IMG/VR virus record: IMGVR_UViG_3300044729_003149
Location: 1 to 54,646 of that record
Length of the DNA stretch: 54,646 bases
Strand: one strand, 5' to 3'
Source of the DNA: a virus
Lineage: Duplodnaviria; Caudoviricetes
Below are positions 1 through 9,958 of this stretch, piece after piece. The position numbers were made by a program, and so were the translations under genes. The first letter of the stretch is position 1; each line of letters begins with the position of its first letter. The notes under the pieces are model-generated. The model worked only from the letters and a program-made list of their open reading frames with translations, was not told the DNA's origin and did no database searches.

Positions 1-253
1 TGACCATGTTGGTGAAAGCATATTGATTGCCAGGCAGCACACGGTTGTCTTGATCAAGAGCAGCCACTCCCCAGGCGTCAAGCATGGAATTGAGCCTGTG
101 GCAAAAATCAATCAGTGTGTACTCTGTGTGTACGGATCGAAAATCAAAACAGGGATTCCAAAACAGGCAATGTGTGCCTGTGTGGTGCATTTCTGCCACA
201 GGATCCTGTGAGCCGAGCCAGCAAAGTGAAATTAGAGGATTGTTCCAGTACAT
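1..253 (-). CDS. hypothetical protein, truncated at left window edge
   Basis: ATG at 253; frame MYWNNPLISLCWLGSQDPV... stays open to position 1 (translated by hand, absent from ORF track); TATAAATA on minus strand at 272-279 just upstream. Confidence 0.6.
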   Translation of the reverse strand, partial: MYWNNPLISLCWLGSQDPVAEMHHTGTHCLFWNPCFDFRSVHTEYTLIDFCHRLNSMLDAWGVAALDQDNRVLPGNQYAFTNMV

Positions 254-279
254 AAATAACGGCGTATAAAATATTTATA
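251..279. promoter_or_regulatory. overlapping divergent T4-type late promoter motifs
   Basis: CATAAATA (+, 251-258) and TATAAATA (-, 272-279) flank a 25-bp gap between divergent start codons. Confidence 0.55.
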
Positions 280-1391
280 TGATAGAAATTTTTGGACCTA
301 CATATCGCTACGGCGGCGAAATACTGACCAAACCCGAGATCATCTATGTGAGCGATCATCACTATGATGAGGAACAACAGTGCTTTCATGTCAAGACTCT
401 GCTGGAAAACAGCGCCTGTGATCCTCGTGAGCACTTGGTGGTGTTTGACCATATGAATCACGAAGACGAACTCAGTGCCTACAATACTTTGTATTTGCCA
501 ATCTTGTTGTCAGCTGAAAGCAAAGAATTTGCCTCGGCCAACATAGTGCCAGACTGGAGCAATAAAACTTTCAACTTCAATTTCATGATCAACAAACCCA
601 GACACAATCGAGAGTTCTTGTTGCTGTTGATCAAACATTTCAAACTGGAGAATTATTGTTACACTCTGTGCTGGCAAGACATACAAATCAGTCGTGACAC
701 CATGGCTCGTCGAACCAGCAACGCAGAGTACAAAAAAATCATCCTGGAGACCGAAGTTGACATCCCAGGACACTATCTCAGTGTTGGCACAGAACGTCTC
801 CTGGGACGCGGATTGCAGTATGGGTCAGTGAAAAATTTTGAAAACTATGTCAACCTGCTGAAACAAAACATTTTTGAACCCAGCTGTGTAAGCCTAATCA
901 CCGAACCCAGTTTCTATGAGCGCGAGACATTGAAAACTGAAAAAACCATCATGTCCATGTACGGTGGCACTTTGCCAATTTGGGTAGGTGGTTGGCGCAT
1001 TCCGCAATCGCTGCGCGATCTTGGCTTTGATGTGTTTGATGATATCATAGACCACAGCTACGAAAGCATGAGTGATCCCTATGATCGTGCCTACTATGCT
1101 GTGCAAAAAAATCTAGATCTTTTGCGAGATTTTACAGCAGCCAAAGATTTCATTGAACGCAATCATGATAGATTTCAACACAACATTAGATTGATTGAGC
1201 AAAATGTATTTTTGAACAACATGGTCAACAAGATCAAACAATACAGTGAACGTGAACAACGGTATCTTTTGATGATTGCCGAGGGATTTAGATTTAGATG
1301 TCTAGCTGACTATCAACTACTGGGAGAGCTGATTGGTGACAAAAGCAAACACAATCACGATCCTGACGAAACAAGGCAACGTTGGGGTTAG
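279..1391 (+). CDS. putative glycosyltransferase-like protein (ITE...TEK...LGFDVFDDIIDHSY family)
   Basis: 370 aa; C-terminal SLITEP..KTEKT..PIWVG..LRDLGFDVFDDIIDHSY resembles the TEK block of GT10-like enzymes; paralogue at 14156-15175; only convincing plus-strand gene. Confidence 0.55.
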   Translation: MIEIFGPTYRYGGEILTKPEIIYVSDHHYDEEQQCFHVKTLLENSACDPREHLVVFDHMNHEDELSAYNTLYLPILLSAESKEFASANIVPDWSNKTFNFNFMINKPRHNREFLLLLIKHFKLENYCYTLCWQDIQISRDTMARRTSNAEYKKIILETEVDIPGHYLSVGTERLLGRGLQYGSVKNFENYVNLLKQNIFEPSCVSLITEPSFYERETLKTEKTIMSMYGGTLPIWVGGWRIPQSLRDLGFDVFDDIIDHSYESMSDPYDRAYYAVQKNLDLLRDFTAAKDFIERNHDRFQHNIRLIEQNVFLNNMVNKIKQYSEREQRYLLMIAEGFRFRCLADYQLLGELIGDKSKHNHDPDETRQRWG

Positions 1392-1753
1392 AGTTTCTGT
1401 AGGTATTGCACAAATTTTGGCCAGTCATTGTATAGAGCACACACTATGGCCATTTCTTCACCATACAGGGTCAATCGTGTTTGTTGATGACGTGCTCGTA
1501 CGTAGTAAGCACAATTCAATTTTTGATTCAACAACAGCAGTCGTCCGGGATAGTACACATCAGGCGCATCAAAACTGTAACTAACCAAGCCGGCTTGCTG
1601 AAATGATTCATGGCCCTGATCAGTCAATCGCATTCCGGTATGACCTAACCTTACATCACGCCACCAGGTTTTCATGGCCTGTTTCAGCGATGGTCTAATG
1701 TCTTCAGGAAGGCGTAGCCACACCTGTTGAGTGAGTTGATATCTATCCAGCAT
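1388..1753 (-). CDS. hypothetical protein
   Basis: ORF; likely start MLDRYQ at 1753 overlapping upstream stop. Confidence 0.7.
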   Translation of the reverse strand: MLDRYQLTQQVWLRLPEDIRPSLKQAMKTWWRDVRLGHTGMRLTDQGHESFQQAGLVSYSFDAPDVYYPGRLLLLNQKLNCAYYVRARHQQTRLTLYGEEMAIVCALYNDWPKFVQYLQKL

Positions 1754-2039
1754 CAGGGTAAACTTGCGCACCCTGTGTCAACAATACCACAGTGAATTTG
1801 TCTGTGCGAAATTGTGTGTTGAGTTTGCGAGCAAGATTACGAGCATGTCCTGGATTGCTAAAGCTGACCTTTTTGTATTTGGGTCCGGGGTATTGTGTCA
1901 AGAGATTGCTGGTCTTGAGATTGATTGGCTTGTTGTCGTAGAACACTGCCCATACACCTTCGCTCGCCAAGACCTGTTCGGTCTTATAGGTCTGCTTGTT
2001 GGTGTGTTCGATCAACACTGTGGGCTTGGGTCTAGACAT
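1743..2039 (-). CDS. conserved-looking phage hypothetical protein
   Basis: MSRPKPTVLIEH..., AGGAG RBS, TAAATA at 2056-2061. Confidence 0.8.
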   Translation of the reverse strand: MSRPKPTVLIEHTNKQTYKTEQVLASEGVWAVFYDNKPINLKTSNLLTQYPGPKYKKVSFSNPGHARNLARKLNTQFRTDKFTVVLLTQGAQVYPDAG

Positions 2040-2070
2040 CATTATCTCCTATGATTATTTATGTCATAAT

Positions 2071-2286
2071 CTAGTCAGATTTGAAACTGCCGCCGCTCAA
2101 TTCAACAGTTACGATTTCGTCACGTGCTTGTTGACGCTGTTGCGCAAGTTCTTGCAGTGCCAACAGCAGTTTGGTGATATCAGCATGCAGATCTTTGGCA
2201 TCACGCATGCTCATGTGGAAATCTTTTTGCCCACGAGCTTCGTGAGCTTTGAGATTGTCAATGAATCGGTTGATGTGCAGACTCAT
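2071..2286 (-). CDS. hypothetical protein
   Basis: 71 aa ORF packed in operon. Confidence 0.7.
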   Translation of the reverse strand: MSLHINRFIDNLKAHEARGQKDFHMSMRDAKDLHADITKLLLALQELAQQRQQARDEIVTVELSGGSFKSD

Positions 2287-2287
2287 G

Positions 2288-2641
2288 TTATTTCACGTAA
2301 GGCTCAAGATTGGGCGCTGTCCAGCCCAGTGGCTTCAGCACCTTGCCATCTTCGCGTTTGCGCACTTTGCCGGTTTCTCGATCAATCTTGGCAAAGTTTG
2401 AATTCATGACTTCTCGCCAGGCACCTTCAGCATCAACACCAAGACTATGGATAGCGCCAATTGTGACAACCAAGATGTCAATCAGGGCATCTAGATCATC
2501 AACCTTGGTTTTGCTGGCCACAAGTTCATCAAATTCTTCGGCAATGAGATTGCAGTACATCTGATATTGTTTTTCATTGAACTCGCCCACGGTTTGGTCG
2601 CAAGCTCGCATAAACTTTTCTTGATCACGAAATGGATTCAT
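2288..2641 (-). CDS. all-alpha NTP pyrophosphohydrolase (PRA-PH/MazG-like)
   Basis: LIAEEFDEL, DALIDILVV, EVMNSNFAK, KREDGKVLKP motifs. Confidence 0.85.
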   Translation of the reverse strand: MNPFRDQEKFMRACDQTVGEFNEKQYQMYCNLIAEEFDELVASKTKVDDLDALIDILVVTIGAIHSLGVDAEGAWREVMNSNFAKIDRETGKVRKREDGKVLKPLGWTAPNLEPYVK

Positions 2642-3071
2642 CTGCTTCTTTCTTGGTATGATACGGACCTTGCCATTTGTATCTCTGCAAGGTAATGAGT
2701 TTGGGATTCTCTACCACTCGCCAGCGTCGATGCTGTTGTACACTGTACCAACCAGCAGCATACCAACTCTTGCTTTTGCTTTCGCGAGTGAACAATGGTA
2801 TGCGATGTTTGACGTCCCAGACTGGATTAAACACACGACCTGACACAGCAAATCCATATACCTGATTGCTGGGTGTAGACTTGGATCGAGGCAATTTTTC
2901 AAACTGTATGTTTGCGGCCTTGCCAGCCATTTTTATGGTTTTGTAACGTGAGACCTGACCTTGAATTTTCACGGTGTATTCATCGCCGGTGGCTTCAATC
3001 ATGCCTACCTTGGCGTTGTCTTTTTTCAAGATCCAATACTGTTTTTCAACTATGGGTTTGGCAACTATCAT
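2625..3071 (-). CDS. hypothetical protein
   Basis: likely start MIVAKPIVE; overlaps neighbours. Confidence 0.7.
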   Translation of the reverse strand: MIVAKPIVEKQYWILKKDNAKVGMIEATGDEYTVKIQGQVSRYKTIKMAGKAANIQFEKLPRSKSTPSNQVYGFAVSGRVFNPVWDVKHRIPLFTRESKSKSWYAAGWYSVQQHRRWRVVENPKLITLQRYKWQGPYHTKKEADESIS

Positions 3072-4065
3072 CAAGAACTCCTTGGTATGTTTCATTCAGC
3101 CAGCGTCCAACTGAATCGGCTGCTTCGCTGAGTTTGACAAGATCGTACTTGCCACAGAATTTTAAAAAGTGTGCGCCTACCTGGCCCACATCTCTATGAC
3201 TGACTTGCGCCCGGATGGCCTGATCCACTGCGGCCTTGATAGTGTCTGGCTGTGCTGTTAGATCAATCAAGGTGCGATTGCGTTCGTAATCATCCAGCAC
3301 ACGGTGTTCTTTGCCTTCATGATCAGTCCAACGTTGAAGCATGAGATTGTTCCAGGCATAACCGCGTTTGATTCGGTCCTCATAGGCTTCTTGTAGACCC
3401 ACTTTGTTTTTTGTGCCCTTGGTTCTCACGCCAGGAAACGCTGAGAACACATTGTCGCTGCTGTCGCCGCGCATGCATTTCTCAAACAACAACCAGACTG
3501 GATCAGGTATGGCCTTGGCTGTTTTTGTTTTCTTGTCAATCACAGCATTGCCCTTGGCATCAAACACACCCTCCAGCGTGATTAGTTCGTCAGTGATACC
3601 GTTGTATTGATTGACGTTTTCAGCCAGTAGTTGCACAAAGTCTGTGTCGCTGCTGACAATGGTGTGATGATCGCCAGGATGCAGTGCGATCCAGCGAGCA
3701 ATGATGTCATCGGCTTCGGCTGTTTCGTGTCGTATCACGCTGCAATTGGTGCGGGTGGCAAGATACTGACACAGTTCGTCATAGGTTTGCCAAAACAGTT
3801 GATCTTCTTCGGCTTCGGCTTCGGTCATGGCAGCTCGAGCCACGGCACGATTTTTCTTGTAGGGCTCGTAAAAGTCCTTTCGCCAGCTACGTCCTTCCAA
3901 CGCAAACACCACGTGGTCAGCGTTGAACTTGCGTACCACTTTGTTTGCAGCCATCAAGGTCACATGCAAGGCAAAACCCAGTCGGGTCCAAGTATCACTG
4001 GCTCGATGTGCGCTGTGTCTAGCACGAAAGAACATGTTGGCAGTGTCAATCAAGAGATATCGCAT
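3046..4065 (-). CDS. rnh: 5'-3' exonuclease / T4-type RNase H (FEN family)
   Basis: LLIDTAN, SWRKDFYEPYKKNR, EADDII, SSDTDFVQL, GDSSDNV motifs. Confidence 0.9.
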   Translation of the reverse strand: MRYLLIDTANMFFRARHSAHRASDTWTRLGFALHVTLMAANKVVRKFNADHVVFALEGRSWRKDFYEPYKKNRAVARAAMTEAEAEEDQLFWQTYDELCQYLATRTNCSVIRHETAEADDIIARWIALHPGDHHTIVSSDTDFVQLLAENVNQYNGITDELITLEGVFDAKGNAVIDKKTKTAKAIPDPVWLLFEKCMRGDSSDNVFSAFPGVRTKGTKNKVGLQEAYEDRIKRGYAWNNLMLQRWTDHEGKEHRVLDDYERNRTLIDLTAQPDTIKAAVDQAIRAQVSHRDVGQVGAHFLKFCGKYDLVKLSEAADSVGRWLNETYQGVLDDSCQTHS

Positions 4066-4780
4066 GGTGTCCCAGAATGTTGTGAGTGTCTAGGTATTGT
4101 AGCACATATTGAGCCCAAAAGCAATGAGCAGCGGCACCAAAATGGTAGGTGTGAGGATTAGCAAATTCATAACCATTTTCACGAAGAATGGCCGCATAAC
4201 TGTGTTGAATACTATAGGGTTCAATAAAGTTCACACCCCAATCGTGTTGTTCATCCAAACTGAGTTCGCTAAAGGTACTCTGTCCGTTGAAAAACACATG
4301 GCGTACGCCCAAACTCACTAGGTCTTGATGCAGTGCCCAGATTTTTTCATGAGCTTGGCGTGTCTTGGTATACCAATCTACTGAAGCCACAAACTCGCGA
4401 TAGCGATTTTGCAATTCAGGGGGTACTGAATCTATGCCACTGGCATTGACCTGATACCAGATGCCCTCGTGTAACCACTCCTCACGCTCCCATGTAGTCC
4501 ACTGTATGATCACAACAGTGTCTGCCAAATCATGACTGTGGTCAGCCATCCACTGTCGTGTGGTTCTCAAAATGCGATCGTTGCTGGCTGCACTTTCTGC
4601 GTCACAGATCAGTTCAGTCTTGAGCTGTTGAGACACGTGTGTCGCCCAACTGTGTTTGAAGTTTTCAGGATGTGGTCTACGACCAAGATGCTGATAATCG
4701 CCGTCATCTTCGGCGAATGCATGTGGCAGCACTGCTTCAGCGGCAGCAGTATGGCTACATCCATTGATGTAAAGTTTCAT
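4046..4780 (-). CDS. SGNH/GDSL-like hydrolase or acyltransferase (paralogue 1)
   Basis: NGCSHT, AASNDRI, IIQWT, YHF...AH blocks. Confidence 0.6.
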   Translation of the reverse strand: MKLYINGCSHTAAAEAVLPHAFAEDDGDYQHLGRRPHPENFKHSWATHVSQQLKTELICDAESAASNDRILRTTRQWMADHSHDLADTVVIIQWTTWEREEWLHEGIWYQVNASGIDSVPPELQNRYREFVASVDWYTKTRQAHEKIWALHQDLVSLGVRHVFFNGQSTFSELSLDEQHDWGVNFIEPYSIQHSYAAILRENGYEFANPHTYHFGAAAHCFWAQYVLQYLDTHNILGHHAISLD

Positions 4781-5253
4781 TTTTGAGTCAGCGCCTTGAC
4801 AGTTTCGGCCTGTGCCACTCGCTTGCGCAAACTACTAGAACTGAAACTATGATCTCTACCATTGAATACTAGTTCAATTCCACGAGCATGGCATTCTCCG
4901 TCACCGGTAAAAGATTTACCTGCATACTCAACACCCAGTATACGCACATCTAGTGGAAGAATCAAAAGCAAATCCACTAGATCCTGTTCGGTCTGATACA
5001 CAACAACTTCATCAACATAACGGCATGCTGACAACTGAATCTGACGCTCTACAATGCTTTGCACAGGTTTGTTTTTTGTGTCCGGACGATCAATTGTGGG
5101 ATCAGTTTGCAGTCCGGCAATAAGATAATCGCAGTGGTTCTTGGCCTCTGCCAACATAGCAACATGGCCTGCATGCAGCATGTCAAAGGTGCTGAATGTG
5201 ATTCCTATTTTCAATCCTTGTGATTTGAGTTCTTTTATTTTGCTAAAAATCAT
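4777..5253 (-). CDS. cytidylyltransferase (TagD-like)
   Basis: STFDMLHAGH (HxGH), KPVQSIVER, YVDEV, FSSSSLR. Confidence 0.85.
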   Translation of the reverse strand: MIFSKIKELKSQGLKIGITFSTFDMLHAGHVAMLAEAKNHCDYLIAGLQTDPTIDRPDTKNKPVQSIVERQIQLSACRYVDEVVVYQTEQDLVDLLLILPLDVRILGVEYAGKSFTGDGECHARGIELVFNGRDHSFSSSSLRKRVAQAETVKALTQK

Positions 5254-5453
5254 TTTGATTTTGTCCTTGTGTTCCAGCGTTCAATACAATCATCAGGCGA
5301 TGTGCCCAGTATCTGAGCCCCGCAGCCTCCCACTTCTTCTGCGCAGTTGATTGACCAAATTGACCTATCTCTGGTTTGTGGATAGATGGTGTCGTGCCAC
5401 AGATCTTGTTGACTGACTTCGTTGCCGCAGAATGGGCAAGGCAACATTTTCAT
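5250..5453 (-). CDS. Lar-family (restriction alleviation-like) zinc-finger protein
   Basis: LPCPFCG...C..GCGA...IERWNTR. Confidence 0.7.
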   Translation of the reverse strand: MKMLPCPFCGNEVSQQDLWHDTIYPQTRDRSIWSINCAEEVGGCGAQILGTSPDDCIERWNTRTKSK

Positions 5454-5456
5454 TGA

Positions 5457-5864
5457 TCAGCTGACTTCGCTGCGACCATTGCCTACATCACGGGTGCGTA
5501 CATAGATTCCAGAATTGCGCATGGCTTCTTCTTGCTCGTAGGTTTCCAGTACCACGTGTCTGCATACGTTTTGAAACCACCTATCCACAATTTCAGCATC
5601 AGTGTCTTCGGGCTTCATCATGTAACCAGCCTTGATCAATCTGGCCACAAATATTTCGTTCCAGTCCAACTCAAACGCACCCTGGTGCAAGTTATCAAGA
5701 TCCACATCCATGTTCAACACTGCCACATAGGGTTCTCCGCGTTCGGTGGCCAATTCTTTTTCAGTTTTCTTTTTGGCCACGGACTTGCGAGGCTCTGCAG
5801 GTTCATTGCGCACCTGCGGTTTTGATGGCTCGGACGCCATGCGTTTTTTCAACCAATCAAACAT
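5457..5864 (-). CDS. hypothetical protein
   Basis: likely start MFDWLKK; operon packed. Confidence 0.75.
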   Translation of the reverse strand: MFDWLKKRMASEPSKPQVRNEPAEPRKSVAKKKTEKELATERGEPYVAVLNMDVDLDNLHQGAFELDWNEIFVARLIKAGYMMKPEDTDAEIVDRWFQNVCRHVVLETYEQEEAMRNSGIYVRTRDVGNGRSEVS

Positions 5865-5887
5865 TTCAAAAACTCCATCAATGTACA

Positions 5888-6094
5888 TCAGTCAAGTCTG
5901 CCCCACTTGATTTTCAACCACACACGTTCGTGAACGTAATAGTCAATGCTGAGAAGAACATGCAGAGCTGTGGCAAAGCCTGTGGCACTGCCTAGATTGC
6001 CAGTGAACAGATAAGTCCAAAATATAGTAAACAACCAGGCTGTCAATCTGTAGGTCAACATCCGTGTCAGCGTTCTTGCACGAGTTTCGGTCAT
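5888..6094 (-). CDS. small membrane protein (DUF2061-like)
   Basis: ETRARTL..TYR, two hydrophobic helices, YYVHERVWLKIKWG. Confidence 0.75.
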   Translation of the reverse strand: MTETRARTLTRMLTYRLTAWLFTIFWTYLFTGNLGSATGFATALHVLLSIDYYVHERVWLKIKWGRLD

Positions 6095-6936
6095 CGACCC
6101 CACCCATTTCCCCAGAGATCCACATGCAATCTGGGACTATACCAATAACCACGTTTCAACGCTTCATTGGCCACATTGAATCTATTGCTGTCGTACACTG
6201 ACACTGTACCGCCCACGGGCATCACAAACACTGGACCTGCAAATTCACGTGAACGATATTCGGCCACAGCACGATCTACTTCGTCAAAGTCTTCCGGCTT
6301 GTCAACCACAAACTTGAGATAGGTCACGCCATGATTCTCGTATTCAAACACTGTGTCTGGACGTATGGCATCCTCCCACTTCTCGCCACTCACACTCAGC
6401 TTGGGACTCACACTGAATGTGATCTCGCCATGCCAGTCATAAATGTATTTCCTAAACTCTGGTGTAAGGTCTTGTGTGCCATTGGTTTCAAAAGTCACAT
6501 GCCTTAGACCACGCTCGTGTAGATAGCTCAAGAGTTCCGGATAGGCACGTTGCCATCCCAGCAAGGGTTCTCCGCCTGTGATAACCAAATGCACTGGCAT
6601 CTGATTGGGCTGTAGCCATGTGTTGTTGGGCAACAGTTGTTCCATGGCATTAGACAGTTCTTCCACTGTGTAGCTGCGACTGAGATGTCGAAAGGCAGGA
6701 TGCCAGGATGCATAACTGTCGCAACCAGTAGACACCAGCGGCAGTTCTTCAAACGTCCGATACAGTTCTACTTGTTTGGCAACATCATCGGCCTCAACAC
6801 TGCGTTCTCCAGGAGCGCAACCAAAACCACTGCAGGTAAAGTTGCAACCAAACGTGCGCAGAAATATGCTGGGAACTCCAACATATCGTCCTTCGCCCTG
6901 AGCGCTGTAAAATATTTCACTGACTTTGATTTTCAT
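6091..6936 (-). CDS. queE: 7-carboxy-7-deazaguanine synthase (radical SAM)
   Basis: SEIFYSAQGEG, FLRTFGCNFTC...CDS, ITGGEPLL, ETNGT, SVSPKL, SPRLH. Confidence 0.9.
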   Translation of the reverse strand: MKIKVSEIFYSAQGEGRYVGVPSIFLRTFGCNFTCSGFGCAPGERSVEADDVAKQVELYRTFEELPLVSTGCDSYASWHPAFRHLSRSYTVEELSNAMEQLLPNNTWLQPNQMPVHLVITGGEPLLGWQRAYPELLSYLHERGLRHVTFETNGTQDLTPEFRKYIYDWHGEITFSVSPKLSVSGEKWEDAIRPDTVFEYENHGVTYLKFVVDKPEDFDEVDRAVAEYRSREFAGPVFVMPVGGTVSVYDSNRFNVANEALKRGYWYSPRLHVDLWGNGWGR

Positions 6937-7682
6937 TAATGACCTCTAAATCTATTCACTGCGCTTGAACCGTTTAGACCTGATTCAAACACTATGGGAT
7001 TGTTTGCTATTTTATTACGCACATCTTGATCTGTCACCCAACCTGGCAATACTGCATCAAGATAACGCAGATGTTCCTGTGTGGTGGGGTGATAGTCAAC
7101 TCTATCCACACTGTGGCGCAGTCTTAGATGCTGATCTTTATTCCAGTAATTTTCTCCCAAGACTTCTATATAACTTGTGCCAAGACTTTGAATTACATCT
7201 TGATACAGTTCAAGCATTTTGGGATTGTCAATACGGTCTTGATTCATGTCGCTCACACGGTCTATAGGAACCATGCACAAAAACTTCCAAGTCACGCCAG
7301 GACGATCAAGCAACATGTCTCTCACTGCCTTGATTGAGTTCAAGTCTCTCAACAAGAAGCCATGCTCGCACACTCCGCTGTCAATGAACTCCTTGGTGTA
7401 AATTTTGTCAGCCCAGGCCACATTGCCCAGTGTCAACCAGCCTCGACCTTGCACATATCGGTCTTCGCGCATGACATCGGTCCAACACACTATCACAGTG
7501 TCGCCAGCACCAAAGCCGTGCCGCTGATCAGCTTCCATGAAGGACTGAAATATGAACTGATTGCCAGCACCGGCCTGTCCCCAGTTTTCAAATTCACTGT
7601 ACTGATGCGACAAGATAGTGGCCCAGGTCCAATACTTGTAGTTGGTAAAACTACAGCCAAATGTGAAAAGCCTATTTGCCAT
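6936..7682 (-). CDS. SGNH/GDSL-like protein (paralogue 2)
   Basis: FGCSFT, GAGNQFI, IVCWT, DYHPT..H. Confidence 0.65.
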   Translation of the reverse strand: MANRLFTFGCSFTNYKYWTWATILSHQYSEFENWGQAGAGNQFIFQSFMEADQRHGFGAGDTVIVCWTDVMREDRYVQGRGWLTLGNVAWADKIYTKEFIDSGVCEHGFLLRDLNSIKAVRDMLLDRPGVTWKFLCMVPIDRVSDMNQDRIDNPKMLELYQDVIQSLGTSYIEVLGENYWNKDQHLRLRHSVDRVDYHPTTQEHLRYLDAVLPGWVTDQDVRNKIANNPIVFESGLNGSSAVNRFRGH

Positions 7683-8649
7683 GTGTGGAGTTGTACACTG
7701 CGATCCAGTGATCAATCATTTCATCCATGAGCTGTTCAAATGTGTAGCTTGGCTTCCAACCCAGTTCAGTTGTGATCTTGGTGTTGTCACCGCGGAGATA
7801 AGGAAGCTCTTCTGGCCTCAGATATTTGGGATTCTGCACCACGTGATCTTGATAATTCAATTCCAGCTTCTTGAACACGTAGTCGCACATGTCACGCACA
7901 GATCGTGTGACACCAGTGGCCACCACATAGTCGTTGGGTTTATCTTGCTGCAGAATCAAGTGCATGGCTCTCACATAATCATAACTGTGTCCCCAGTCAC
8001 GATAGCTGTCCATGTTGCCAAGTTCCAGTTTGGTAGCCAGTCCCAGTTTGATTTCCACGGCACCTTTCACAACTTTGTTTGTGACAAAGTTTGATCCACG
8101 GCGTGGACTTTCATGATTGAACAGAATGCCGTTGCTGGCATGCAGTCGATAGGCATTGCGATAGTGATGCACAATGTTATAGGCAAACACCTTGCTGCAA
8201 CCATAAGGACTCACAGGATGCATGGGAGTTGTTTCACGCTGATATCCATCACTATCAACCGAACTACCAAACATTTCACTAGAGCTGGCTTGATAGAATT
8301 TGGCATGGGGTACAACGTTTTTGTAGGCTTCAAGAATATTGACCACACCCAAGGCATTGGTCTGTACCGTGAACTGCGGAATGTCGCTGGAGATACGCAC
8401 ATGACTCTGTGCTGCTAGATTGTAGATTTCGTCAGGCTGATAGATACGCAAAGCACGTTCCAGGCTGCTTTGATCTGTGAGATCACCATACTCAACTTCT
8501 ATAGGTAGATCGGCAATGCGATTCTTTTGGTGTTCTACTGTGCTGTTTCGGCGAATGATGCCTGTGACTCTGTAGCCCTGTTCTACCAGGTGCTCGGCAA
8601 GATAGCTGCCGTCTTGTCCGGCAATGCCGGTAATGAATGCTGTTTTCAT
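7672..8649 (-). CDS. gmd: GDP-mannose 4,6-dehydratase
   Basis: ITGIAGQDGSYLAE, NLAAQSHV, YQASSSE, SPYGCSK, FNHESPRRG..FVT.K, RDWGH. Confidence 0.95.
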   Translation of the reverse strand: MKTAFITGIAGQDGSYLAEHLVEQGYRVTGIIRRNSTVEHQKNRIADLPIEVEYGDLTDQSSLERALRIYQPDEIYNLAAQSHVRISSDIPQFTVQTNALGVVNILEAYKNVVPHAKFYQASSSEMFGSSVDSDGYQRETTPMHPVSPYGCSKVFAYNIVHHYRNAYRLHASNGILFNHESPRRGSNFVTNKVVKGAVEIKLGLATKLELGNMDSYRDWGHSYDYVRAMHLILQQDKPNDYVVATGVTRSVRDMCDYVFKKLELNYQDHVVQNPKYLRPEELPYLRGDNTKITTELGWKPSYTFEQLMDEMIDHWIAVYNSTHGK

Positions 8650-8672
8650 GAATGTCCTTGAGTGTTGATTGT

Positions 8673-8701
8673 ATTATATAGATGCTATTGCGATTTGTCA
8701 A
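8673..8701 (-). promoter_or_regulatory. sigma70 promoter upstream of gmd
   Basis: perfect TTGACA-17-TATAAT. Confidence 0.85.
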
Positions 8702-9563
8702 AATATTTTGCAACCACTCGTCCAATTCCTTCTTCAAGACTCACAGTGGGATGAAAATTGAACAAGTGTTGGGCCAATGACACATCGCCCTGTCGGTGTT
8801 TGGCTACCCCACCGGTGATTTCTTGCAGCTCAAGATCACTGCCAAGAGTGCGCAGAATGGTCTGGGCTACTTCACGTATGGTATAGGATTGACCCCCGCC
8901 AATATTGATGGTTTGGTTGCAGCAATCATCGCTTTGTACTATGTCAATGGTGGCTTGCACAGCATCATCTATATAGAGATAGGTTCTGGTGCTGTCACCG
9001 GTCATGAGCGTGGTGTCTTGCTTCTCAACCACGCGAGCAATAAAATCAGGAATGAATTGATTGCGCTGACCGGGTCCATAGATGTTGTGATACCTAACAA
9101 CAGTAAAGTCAGTGCCGGTTTGATGATGCATGGCCTGTATCTGTAGTTCATTGGTCAACTTGCTGCCACCGTAACAGCTACGAGGATCTTGTGGATTGTC
9201 TATACACAGCGGAACTGATTCCGGTGTGGGCATGGGCACTGAGAAATAGTCACGACTGCCAGCATAGACTTCGCTGGTACTGGCCAGCACGAATCTCTTT
9301 ACATTGCCTTGATAGCGTTCAATCAGATATTGAGTTGACAAAATGTTTGTGGTCAGTACATCAAATGGTCGTGTGGCAAATGCCTGCGGTTGATTGACAG
9401 CAGCAAAATGCATGACAACATCAACTGCGGGCAAAAACTGAACCTGCTGACGTTGCGTCAAATCAACGCCGTCTGGGCGTACCACTTCATGCCCTTGCTG
9501 TTCAAGCCTGTGAGCCACGTGACTGCCGATGAAACCACGATGACCTGTGACTAGAATTTTCAT
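8685..9563 (-). CDS. NAD-dependent nucleotide-sugar epimerase/dehydratase
   Basis: VTGHRGFIG, ASTSEVY, YGGSK, RYHNIYGP. Confidence 0.9.
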   Translation of the reverse strand: MKILVTGHRGFIGSHVAHRLEQQGHEVVRPDGVDLTQRQQVQFLPAVDVVMHFAAVNQPQAFATRPFDVLTTNILSTQYLIERYQGNVKRFVLASTSEVYAGSRDYFSVPMPTPESVPLCIDNPQDPRSCYGGSKLTNELQIQAMHHQTGTDFTVVRYHNIYGPGQRNQFIPDFIARVVEKQDTTLMTGDSTRTYLYIDDAVQATIDIVQSDDCCNQTINIGGGQSYTIREVAQTILRTLGSDLELQEITGGVAKHRQGDVSLAQHLFNFHPTVSLEEGIGRVVAKYFDKSQ

Positions 9564-9958
9564 ATGGGTTCGCTGTCCATTTCACGACCAAGATAAGGTC
9601 CGTTTTTGATTTCATATATCACAGCAGATTCCAAGACCTCAAACCCGTGAGCACCGCGATACAGTATCATGCAGTCACCACCGCCCAGCATTATTGTGTC
9701 GCAATGCGAACCATCAATGTCATAAAGCTCGGCGCGAATCACACCACGCATGACCACCCATGCTTCTTGTGTACCAACAGTGTTGCGCGGTGTTGCTAGA
9801 TGTCTGTGCGGTCTAAGCTGACGTCCTGGTGCTAGCGGTATTGCTGCGGCCTGTAGAATTTCATCTGTGCCAGCAGCATCGGTGCGAACATCAACGTCTG
9901 AGTTCATGACCGTGGCCAACAACAGCGTGGGGTCAACCCGGCTGTGATACTTTTTCAC
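9560..9958 (-). CDS. cupin-fold protein (WbuC-like)
   Basis: PHRH...TQE...GAHGF...EIKNGPY; likely GTG start at 9958. Confidence 0.7.
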   Translation of the reverse strand: MKKYHSRVDPTLLLATVMNSDVDVRTDAAGTDEILQAAAIPLAPGRQLRPHRHLATPRNTVGTQEAWVVMRGVIRAELYDIDGSHCDTIMLGGGDCMILYRGAHGFEVLESAVIYEIKNGPYLGREMDSEPI

